In this document: positions 12,949 through 23,765 of the stretch, piece by piece | Numbering within the stretch: position 1 is the stretch's first letter | Layout of the letters: every line of letters begins with the position of its first letter | Source of the DNA: Octopus vulgaris | Lineage: Eukaryota | Direction: 5' to 3' | NCBI GenBank assembly: GCA_951406725.2 | Contig: OX597818.1 | Span: 93,496,001-93,560,000, forward strand | DNA length: 64,000 nt | The notes under the pieces: model-generated | What the model was told of the DNA's origin: nothing | The model's database searches: none | The model's input: only the letters and a program-made list of their open reading frames with translations | Made by a program: the position numbers and the translations under genes

Positions 12949-14095
12949 CAAGGTGATATCAAAAAGTTCCCAGACTCTCTTTTATTCTTTCACTTGTTTC
13001 AGTCATTTGACTGTGGCCATGCTGGAGCACCGCCTTTAGTTGAGCAAATCGACCCCAGGACTTATTCTTTAAAAGCCTAGTACTTATTCTGTCGGTCTCT
13101 TTTGCTGAACCGCTAAGTTACAGGGACGTAAACACACCAGCATCAAGTGATGTTAGGGGGACAAACACAGACACACAAACATATACATACAAATACATAT
13201 ATATATACATATATACGATGGGCTTCTTTCAGTTTCCGTCCACCAAATCCACTCACAAGGCTTTGATTAGCCTGAGGCTATAGTAGAAGATACTTGCCCA
13301 AGGTGCCATGCAGTGGGACTGAACCCAGAACCATGTGGTTGGTAAGCAAGCTACTTACCACACAGCCACTCCTATGCCTACTAGTTATGTTTGATAAAAA
13401 GAAATAACTTATTCACCTAAGTTTTTAACTTCATCTCCTTCAAAATAGTCTCCTTGCTATAGACCAGTCCTGGCATTCCTGCTACTTTTGGAATCCAGCC
13501 TTGAGAACCTTCTGCAATTCACTCTGGACCTTGATAACGGTGACCTTTGAGCTGCATTTTCATCTTGGGGAAAAGATGGAAGTCTGTAGGTGTTAAATCT
13601 GGTGAATAGGGCAGGTGCAGAAGCAATACTATGTTGCTTTTGGTGAGAAACTCACAAGTTAGGAGGGCATGGTGAAGAATCTAATTCTTCGTACTTCACA
13701 GATCTGGTCACTCTCGCTGAATGTCCTCTCTCAAACGCTTCAGAACATCACAGTAGAACTCTCTATTGATGGTCTGGTCCTAGGGGATGAATTTTCAATA
13801 CACAATACTGCATTTCTGTGGGTGACACTCATGGCAGGTCTCCCAAATCACTCATCGTCTTCCAGGGACATTTTTCTGCTTTTGATGTGCCCATGCCACT
13901 TGAAACATTGTATATAGCCCATTGCCTCGCCGTAAGCTTGCCGAAGCATGCTCAATGTTTCTACAGCAGACTTCCCAACGCAGTGATGTCACTCTGCACC
14001 ACACTGCCTCATGAAAGTCACTGCTAGCATGCGATTGTGTGCTGCCATCTGTTGGTGTGCTACAGAACTAGCCTGGGAACATTTTGATACCACAC
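12949..14095 (-). mobile_element. Non-autonomous mariner-like element with nested SINE
   Basis: TA|CAAGGTGATATCAAAAAGTTCCCAGACT and AGCCTGGGAACATTTTGATACCAC inverted ends. Reverse strand gives HLPYSPDLTP at ~13590-13620. Confidence 0.7.
12978..13381 (-). mobile_element. tRNA-derived SINE with internal microsatellite
   Basis: Near-identical to 2900-3334. Confidence 0.85.
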
Positions 14096-14207
14096 ACACA
14101 CACATGTGTGTATGTATTATATTATTATTGTTGTTATTATTCATTTTACTAATGATAATAATTAATTATAATATCTATATAAATATTTTCACATATTTAT
14201 TTTAGTG

Positions 14208-14266
<59 letters not shown>

Positions 14267-14699
14267 CGGCGTACGTACACTTTGATCTCTTATATATAGC
14301 GTTTTTGCATTTGGTTTGCAAGATTCTTTATGTGAATTCGTGTGTTGAAGCACATTTTATTGTGTCTGGAGAGAGTAATTTTCTTTAGTGCCTTATTAAT
14401 TTAACACACTCACTGGTCCGATTTCCACTCATTTACTTTTTTACTTTTACTAAAATTTTTACTAAACACACATACATAGTCACACAAACCCATACACAGA
14501 CACATTCAAACATGCACAGACAAAGAAACTGAAGTACACACATGCACACACACACTGACGCATACTCAGTTCTGATAACAGACAGTCAATGACTATTGAA
14601 AAGGTTGCAAGACGCAACGAAAGTTTTAGTAAAAATAAGTAAATGAGTGGAAATCGAACTGGTGTAACTCTCCCCCAATACAATTATATATATATATAT

Positions 14700-15270
14700 A
14701 TCATCATCATCATCATCATCGTTTAACGTCCGCTTTCCATGCTAGCATGGGTTGGACGGTTCAACTGGGGTCTGGGAAGCCCGAAGGCTGCACCAGGCCA
14801 GTCAGATCTGGCAGTGTTTCTACAGCTGGATGCCCTTCCTAACGCCAACCACTCCGAGAGTGTAGTGGGTGATTTTATGTGCCACCAACACAGGTGCCAG
14901 ACGAGGCTGGCGAACGGCCACGCTCGGATGGTGTTTTTTATGTGCCACCGGCACGGAGGTCAGTCAATGCGGCACTGGCTACGGCCACGTTCGGATGGTT
15001 TTCGTATGTGCCACCGGCACTGGTACCACAAAACTACAAATTCCATTAATGTTCATCGAGTTTGCTTTTGATTTTGTCCATTTTCACTTGCCTCAACAGG
15101 TCTTCACAAGTAGAGTTATGTGTCCCAAGAAGGAAGGTATGCATAGGTGCACTGACTACGTTCCAGGTAGGGGCCATGGGTTATGGCCTCACTTGTCCAG
15201 CCGGGTCTTCTCACGCACAGCATACTTCCAAAGGTCTCGGTCTCTGGTCATTTCCTCGGTGAGACCTAAA
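14700..15270 (-). mobile_element. RTE LINE 3' fragment, same family as 41263-43937
   Basis: Reverse strand reads LGLTEEMTRDRDLWKYAVREKTRLDK*, followed by a single-copy 3' UTR and (CAT)n on the + strand. Confidence 0.85.
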
Positions 15271-15813
15271 GCCCCCACCCCTGTCCAATGGACTGTGCTC
15301 TGAATCATATCTGCTGAATAAAAAGCAATCAGTGTTTTCTTTTCATTAAAAAATAATTAAGCATGCCTTTATTTCAATAAAGTTTTTGGTTTTGTTAAAC
15401 GAAGTTCAGGCAAAAAAAAACTTCTTGAGAAACTAAATAGTCTTTCTTTCCTTCAGGCCAAGTTTGAAGAAAATATCGCTTTTGCAACTTACTTTTTTGG
15501 TCTCTTAAACATACTGCATTTTGTGGCATTATTTCAAGCCAGCCGGCTTTTTTTGCGCATACTGCACGTGCATTTTTCTCGTGTACATGTAGTATCGATC
15601 GCAACAGCTAATGTACTTGCACATACAAATGCACGTTCACATGGCTTTATTGATCACATTCTCATCTGGAATCGATTTTTGTGATTTTTTTCAAGACTTG
15701 TACATGCTCTGAGATCGACGGTATCTACATATCAAATTTGAGCGCGATCAGATGGAGGATGCCCGAGATCCTAGAAGACATATACACACACACAGACAGA
15801 CAAAATAGATTAT

Positions 15814-15870
<57 letters not shown>

Positions 15871-15953
15871 ATCTATCTATCTGTGACCTCTTGAGCACCG
15901 CCAGCAATTATTTTTCCTCTGTCTTCCCTTCTCGGGATCTTTCCTTCTCCTTT

Positions 15954-15988
15954 GTTTCCGACGAAGAGCTCCACTCGAAACGTTAAAC
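15954..15988 (+). ncRNA. Minimal hammerhead-like motif with variant core
   Basis: GTTT-CCGACGA-a-GAG-ctcca-CTC-GAAA-CG-TT-AAAC. Same architecture as 20856, with core U4 replaced by C. Confidence 0.45.
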
Positions 15989-16098
15989 CCTCCTTCTTCC
16001 CTTCTTTCCTGAGTGTCCAATAATACTTTATTTGTTCCGCGTTGCTGTGTTTTTTTGTGTTTTCTTGTTTGGATTAACTTTATCTATCTATCTATCTA

Positions 16099-16137
<39 letters not shown>

Positions 16138-16820
16138 GTACACATACATATGACTATCTGTTTGTCATCTATCAGGCCAATGACTCAATTAATTATGTGT
16201 TGATCTCTTATCTTTAAAAGAGCACAATTCATATACTTCCTCCAATAGTAGATATTTTGTGACTTTCATCCAGGCCATCACTGTCACCAGAACTCTTACT
16301 ACTACTACTACTACTCTTATCACAACATGCTCAGAAAGAAACATATTCTGCTTCATAGATATGGTGGTAACAGCGTTGCTGGGATTACACATAAACTCTC
16401 TCTCTCACGCACATACTCGCTGAACTTGTACATGATATATGAATATTTGATAGGCACAAATATACAAACATAAGCAGAGACAGATTATATTGTACATAAA
16501 GGATATGTTGCTATTTCAGAACTACACTACAGAAAGAATAATTACTTTTGTATATCTATATATACACACACACACGTATACACACTTGTGCATGTTCACC
16601 ACATACATTACTGTATTGCTTGGCTTAGCTTCATGCTTTTGCTTGATGGGGCTGGGATCCTTCCAAGTTAGTGGTCCCAGTACTTAATTTTGTTAAGCTT
16701 GGTACTTAATTCTCTCTTTTACAGGACATAAACACATGAACACTGTCTATCAAGCAGTGGTGGGAGAGACGGACACAGACACAAAGACATACAGATTCAT
16801 TTATATATGTATATATATAT

Positions 16821-17145
16821 ATCATCATCATCATCATCATTGTTTAACGTCCGTTTTCCGCACTAGCATGGGTTGGACGGTTCGACCAGGATCTGGGAAG
16901 CCAGGAGGCTGCACCAGGCTCCAGTCTGATCTGGCAGTGTTTCTACAGCTGGATACCCTTCCTAACGCCAACCACTCTGCGAGTGTAGTGGGTGCTTTTT
17001 ACGTGCCACCGGCACAGGTGCCAGGGGAGTCTGGCAGTGTCCATGATCGATTGGTGCTTTTAACGTGCCACCGACACGGAAGCCAGTCAAGGCGGCGCTG
17101 GCATCGGCCACGTTCGGATGGTGCTTTTTACGTGCCACCGGCACA
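16821..17145 (-). mobile_element. RTE 3' UTR fragment
   Basis: Same modules as 14700, with (CAT)n. Confidence 0.75.
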
Positions 17146-17459
17146 TATATACATATATATACGTCAGGCTTCTTTTAGTTTCCATCTTTCAATCGCAAGG
17201 CTTTGGTTGGCTCGAGCCTATAGTAGAAGATATTCGCTCAAATGAATTGAATAATCACTAACAAAAATAAAAACCAACCAACAAACGTTTTAACGTTGTG
17301 CTTCAAGGTGGAAACAAATTAATGGTTAGAGCAGGTGTGGTTAAGAGTCAAAGAGTTGGAAGAAAGGAGAAAAGGAAGGAATGAAAAAAGAGAAGAAACA
17401 GAAGAAAGAAAATTTGCTATCGTTATGGGCAGGGTTCACCAAACCTTTTTCACAGCAGG

Positions 17460-18130
17460 CCAGATAACTGAGAGAGTGACAAGCACATATATGGGGATAG
17501 GATGATAAGCGTATGCCGGTCTCAACTGTGGTTCCAGAAATTCCAAATCAGAAACTACGGCCTAGAAGACAAGCCTCATCCTGGAAGATCTGTAGAGCTC
17601 GACAAGGACTTCTTGCAAACCCTGGTGGAACAAAATCCCATCGTAACTGTTGAGAAACTAGCAGAGAAGCTTGGATTTGGTCATTCAACTAGTCATTCAA
17701 GTCAGCGCTAGAAGGAAAATGACCATCTTTGGTTTCAAGTCAAAAAGTATTCTTCCATCAGGATAATGCTTCGCCACATACAGTGAGGATGACATTCCAA
17801 AGGCTGGTGCAGTTTGAATGGGATGTGATGCCTCATCCACCATATTTGCTGGGTATTGCCCCATCTCATTATCAATTATTCCTCAGTCTTCAAAATCATT
17901 TGGATGCAAAAAATATACATTCTGTAGATGAGGTCAGAATAGTACTGGAGGAGTATTTTTTGTGACGGAAAAGTGAATTTTGGAAGAGGGGCCTTGAAAG
18001 TCTACCAGATAGATGGAAGAGCATTGTAGAAAATGAAGGAGAGTATATTTCAGATTAAATATGAACTTTATCTTAATTTTGAAAAATAAAAGAAGTATGA
18101 AAAAACCGCATTATTTATGGGATGACCCAA
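17460..18130 (+). mobile_element. Internally deleted mariner (DD34D) remnant
   Basis: LEDKPHPGRS and FHQDNASPHT..HPPY..IAPS. Right TIR TTATTTATGGGATGACCCAA|TA. Confidence 0.88.
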
Positions 18131-18154
18131 TATATATGTATGTAGATAGATAGT

Positions 18155-18221
<67 letters not shown>

Positions 18222-18230
18222 GTAGGTAGG

Positions 18231-18271
<41 letters not shown>

Positions 18272-18778
18272 GTGTGTGTGTCTCTTTACCCACGACCACC
18301 ACCACTTGACAACCAGTGTTATGATCCCCTAACTCAGCCATTTGTTAAAAGAGACTGTTTGAATAAGCACCAATCTTAAAAAATAACTACTGGGTCGATT
18401 TGTTTGACTAGACCCTTCAAATTAGTACACAGCTTGGCCACATTTCCAATAACTGAAACAAATAAAAGATAAAGGATATACACATATAGAATCTGTTCTT
18501 TTGTCTGTCTTACATCTTTTTTATTCAAAAGTCTTGAATGTTGACCTTCTGGTTAATTCCTTATAAGTCATTTAATTTAAGTGACTGGGTAAGGAGGGCA
18601 CTGTTCTCAGTTAAACATTAGAAAATTTTAAAATTTCAGTTGGTTACTGTGAACTGTGTTAAATGGTAGTGGGGCAGCCTAAACACAATGTTGAGCATCT
18701 AGAAATTATCTATAGTTCTCCTGTGGATGTGTGTAGGTGTGTGTAGACATGTATTTACTTACACACACAAACATGCAT

Positions 18779-18809
<31 letters not shown>

Positions 18810-19901
18810 CACATACATATGTCTATCTGTTTGTCATCTATCAGGCCAACCATTCATTCATTCATATAATTCCTCCAATAGTAGAGATTTTGTGACCTTC
18901 ATCCAGGCCATCACTGTCACCAGAACTCTTACTACTACTACTACTACTAGTAGTAGTAGTAGTAGTAGTACTCTTATCACCACATACTCAGAAATAGACA
19001 TATCCTGCTTTATAGATATAGTGGTGACAGCGTTGCTGGGATAACACATACACATACACTCTTTCTCTCTATCTCTCTCTCTCACACACACACATACACA
19101 CGGATATGCACACACACACAAACACGCTGAACATGCACATGATATATGAATATTTGATAGGCACAAATATACGAACATGAGCGGAGACAGATTATATTGT
19201 ACATAAAGGATATGTTGCTATTTCAGAACTACACTACAGAAAGATTAATTACTTTTGTATATCTATATATACACACACACATGTATACACACTTGTGCAT
19301 GTGCACCACATACATTACTGTATTGCTTGGCTTAGCTTCATGCTTTTGCTTGATGGGGCTGGGGTCCTTCCAAGTTAGTGGTCCCAGAGGCGTCATCATG
19401 CATGGAGCCGACCAGCTCCATTAGTGCACTCCATTGCTGGCAGTCCCACATCAGTCCCTCTGGCATGGAACTTACAATACTGTATGTAATACATACACAC
19501 TTCATACACTATATGACACTCAGCGATTATTTGCATACCTTTTAAGTTATCTTGCCAACATGTCACTACCACCAAGGTCATTACCAGTATTACTACTGCC
19601 ACTACTACTACTGCTGCTGCTGACACATTAAGACGACATTTCCTGCTAAGAAATAAAGTGGTTGGGATATCACTATATGGTTATCAACTTCCTTCTCAAA
19701 TAATGCCCTATATTCTTAAACAAACGTAAGATTGTATTAGATAATATTGTTCTAGATACACTTAAGGTTATGGGGTGGTCACTGTTGAAATGTCTTTCAT
19801 CATTGTTCTGGTTTGACTTTGAGCTAAATAACAACACTAACATGCATTACATATAACACATATATTTATATGTGCTACATATCCATAATATCCATATGAG
19901 T

Positions 19902-20240
19902 GAAGGCACATGGCTCAGTGGTTAGAGCATCAAACTTACGATCATGAGGTTGTGAGTTCAAATCCTGGACCAGGCTGTGTGTTGTGTTCTTGAGCAAGAC
20001 ACTTTATTTCACGTTGCTCCAGTTCACTCAGCTGTAGAAATGAGTTGCGGACGTCACAGGTACCAAGCTATATCGGCTTTTGCCTTGCCCTTGGATAACA
20101 CTGGTGGCATGGAGAAGGGACGCCTGTATGCATGGATAACTGCTTGTCTTCCATAAACAACCTTGCCCGGACTTGTGCCCTGGAGGGTAACTTTCTAGGT
20201 GCAATCATACTGTCAGTCATGACCGAAGGGGGTCTCAGCA
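19902..20240 (+). mobile_element. tRNA-derived SINE, same family as 39271-39583
   Basis: TGGCTCAGTGGTTAGAGC..GAGTTCAAATCC head. Body nearly identical to the 39271 copy. Confidence 0.8.
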
Positions 20241-20855
20241 ACTTATGTACTTGTAGCATATCCATACACATATAGTAAATACACATGCAAAATGCACATA
20301 GACATATACATATGCAATACATACACACATACAACACACACATTACACATGCATACACACATACTACACATACAACACATGTACGCATATTCATATACAT
20401 ACGTAACATATCCATACATATAGCACATACATATAATGCACACATACACGTTTAACATGCATATGCATTCAACAAACAAATGCAGCAGGCATACACTCAA
20501 CACATACATGCAATTTGCACATGCAACATATGCATGTGCAATATGCACATGTTTCAACAAGAAACAGTTGCAATTAATGAAGTCATTTTACACAAATGCA
20601 AACTTGTCCATTTTTATTGCACATAGAGGTGCAGGAGTGACTGTGTGGTAAGTAGCTTGCCCAGGTTCAGTCCCACTGTGTGGCATCTTGGGCAAGTGTC
20701 TTCTACTATAGCTTCAGGCTGACCAAAGCCTTGTGAGTGGATTTGGTAGACAGAAACTGGAAGAAGCCCGTCATATATGTATATATACATACATATATAT
20801 ATTTCTGCATGCATATTTTTTTTCTCTCCTTCTTTCTGTGTTTTTTCTCTGTGTA

Positions 20856-20893
20856 TCTTTCTGTTGAAGAGCGTAGGCTCGAAACGTTAAAGA
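20856..20893 (+). ncRNA. Minimal hammerhead-like motif with variant core
   Basis: TCTTT-CTGTTGA-a-GAGC-gtag-GCTC-GAAA-CG-TT-AAAGA. Stem I 5 bp, stem II 4 bp, palindromic AACGTT in place of stem III, core A6 replaced by U. Confidence 0.45.
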
Positions 20894-20994
20894 CTTGTTT
20901 TATTTATATTTCCTGAGCGCCATACTAATACAATTGTTTGTTTATTTCCGTAAACCTGCCTTCGTCTTTTGTCTATTTTCATAAAGCTTCCCGG

Positions 20995-21027
<33 letters not shown>

Positions 21028-21407
21028 GTATGTATGTATGTGCTTGTATGTGTGTGTGTGTGTATATGTGTATATGTGTTTGTATGTATATGTGTATATA
21101 TGTATATGCATATGTATGTGTAAATGTATGTGCTTATGTATGTGTATGTATGTATAAAATATTATATAATTAGGGATTAGGAAGATAAAATAAATTACTT
21201 TGCCACATACTAAACTTTCTAGAAATAGCAGCCAATAAAGTTTTTTAGCCTCTTCCACTACTTAGAGAATTTTTTCCCTCTAACATTGTTTACTCAAAAT
21301 AATAATGGTCCCTTTACATACTGAACACTTGATGAAATTGATTAATAACTAATTAACTTTACCCTCCCTTGTTGATATATATATATACATATGTATATGT
21401 GTGCGTG

Positions 21408-21458
<51 letters not shown>

Positions 21459-21733
21459 ATGTGTGTATGTATGTATGTATTTGTATATATGTGTGTGTGT
21501 ATATGTATGTGTGCGCGTGTGTGTGTATGTATGTGTATACTTGTATATGTATATGCATGAATGTATATATATATGTGTGTGTATATGTGTATTATGTATG
21601 TATTTATATAGATATGTAGTTTATATATATATATGTATGTATATGCATCTGTCTGTGTGTGTGTATGTGTATATATGTGTATTTTTGCGTATGTATACAT
21701 GTATATGTGTGTATGTGTGTGTGTGCGTGTGTG

Positions 21734-21772
<39 letters not shown>

Positions 21773-21981
21773 ATATATATGTATGTGTATATATATGCAT
21801 ACGTATGTGTATGTACATGTATATGTGTATGTGTGTATATGTATATATGTTTATATATGTGAGTATGTAGTGATATAAGTATATGCATGTGTATGTATGG
21901 GTATGTGTATCAGTGTATATGTATATATGTATGTGTGTGTGTATGTATATGTATGTATGTGTGTATATATGTATGTGTATA

Positions 21982-22014
<33 letters not shown>

Positions 22015-22079
22015 GTGTATATATGTGTGTATGTATGTGTATGTGTATGTATGCGTATGTGTATCTATGTATGTATATA

Positions 22080-22135
<56 letters not shown>

Positions 22136-22416
22136 TGCGTGTGTGTATGTATGCATATATGTATGTATGCATGTATATGTGTATGTATATATATATATGT
22201 GTGTAAGTGTGTGCATATATGTATTTGTAAGTATGTGTGCGCGTATGAGTATGTATGTATGCTTGCACACGTGTATATATATGTGTGTGTGTGTATATAT
22301 ATGGATGCGCGTGCGTGTGTGCACGTGTATGGGTACGCATGTATATGTGTATGTGCGTGTATGCGTATACGTGTATGTATGTATGTGTGTGCGTGGATTT
22401 GTATATGTATGTGTGA

Positions 22417-22453
<37 letters not shown>

Positions 22454-22651
22454 TATATATAGATGGGTGTGTGTATACGTATAAATGCATGTAAGTATGG
22501 ATGTATGGATGTATGTATGTATGTATACGTATGTATGTGTGTATGTGTGTATGTATATATATATGTGTATATATATATGTGTGTATATATGTTTGTGTAT
22601 GTATATATATGTGTATGTATGTGTGTGTATATGTATGTGTGTATGTGTATG

Positions 22652-22689
<38 letters not shown>

Positions 22690-22690
22690 C

Positions 22691-22722
<32 letters not shown>

Positions 22723-23280
22723 GTATGTATCTGTATGTAGGAGTATATATATGTGTGTGTATATGCGGGTATATATATATATATATATATGTATATTTAT
22801 TGGTGTATATGTATAGTCTAGCCTCCTAAAGTGTAGACACGAATCTGTAGGTACGAGTACGTATGTGTATATACGTGAACGTATGTAGATGTTTGTATGT
22901 ATGAATATAACGCGCGCGTACGTGTATGTGTATGAGTGTACGAATGGGTGAATGTACGTGCTAATGAGTGTGCGTGCGGGAATGAGTACTTGCCTTCTAG
23001 TAGACAGACAAATGGACTGCAGCCATTGCCAGGATTCTTAGCCCTAGCGATCAAAGATAACAAAAGTAATAAATGATGATAATAAAATTAAAATTAGGGA
23101 ATGGGCCTGTATTGGATTGTATATATATATATGTATATGTATATTTGTATGTATGTATGTGTGTATGTGTAGGTATGTATATGTATGTATATATATGTAT
23201 ATATGTATATGTGTGTGTATATATATGTGTATGTATGTATGTGTGTGTAGATACGTATACATGTGTGTATAGGTATAAGT
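20995..23280. repeat. Compound TA/TG/CA microsatellite field (~2.3 kb, interrupted)
   Basis: Alternating purine-pyrimidine sequence seen directly. Confidence 0.95.
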
Positions 23281-23317
23281 GAGAATCTCCTTATTTACCT
23301 ATAACTCTATCCCCCCA

Positions 23318-23500
23318 TTTTTTTTATATATATATTTTTGTATATATATATATTTTATATATATATTTTTTTTATATATATTTTTTATATTTTTTATTTT
23401 TTTATTTTTTTTTTTTTTTATTTTATTTTTTTTTTTTATTTTTTATTTTTTATTTTTTATATTTTTTTTTATTTTTTTATTTTTTTATTTTTTTATTTAT
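23318..23500. repeat. T-rich (T3-13 A)n tract
   Basis: Seen directly. Confidence 0.9.
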
Positions 23501-23646
23501 CTATTCTTTCATCTAACTTACCACTGACTCCTTGACCACTCCCCCAAGTATGATATTTTGCGCTATGCCTACCCCCAAAAAGTCCCCCACCACCACTCCT
23601 TTAAACCTGCCTAAATGTATAAATGCTAATACAATTCTTGTTAAAT

Positions 23647-23697
23647 AGCTTCCTGAAGATTTCTCTTGAATGAAACAGTACTAGTCCTGTAGAAGCT
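23647..23697 (+). ncRNA. Type I hammerhead ribozyme candidate (probably derived from a Penelope-like element)
   Basis: AGCTTC-CTGAAGA-t-TTC-tctt-GAA-t-GAAA-CAG-tactagtc-CTG-TA-GAAGCT: perfect 6-bp stem I, intact CUGANGA and GAAA core, stem III, GUA cleavage triplet. Stem II is short with a U-U closing pair. Confidence 0.6.
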
Positions 23698-23702
23698 CCT
23701 TC

Positions 23703-23765
<63 letters not shown>

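Larger units (their letters stand above)
16140..19387. repeat. Direct local duplication of ~550 bp (16140-16680 and 18808-19387)
   Basis: Long near-identical stretches, e.g. GATTATATTGTACATAAAGGATATGTTGC ... CCAAGTTAGTGGTCCCAG. Confidence 0.92.

Noticed and set aside
20938-23535. Many 60-260 aa ORFs rich in YI, CV and HT
   Set aside because: They are translations of TA/TG/CA microsatellites that lack stop codons, with no protein signal. The same applies to similar ORFs across the window.
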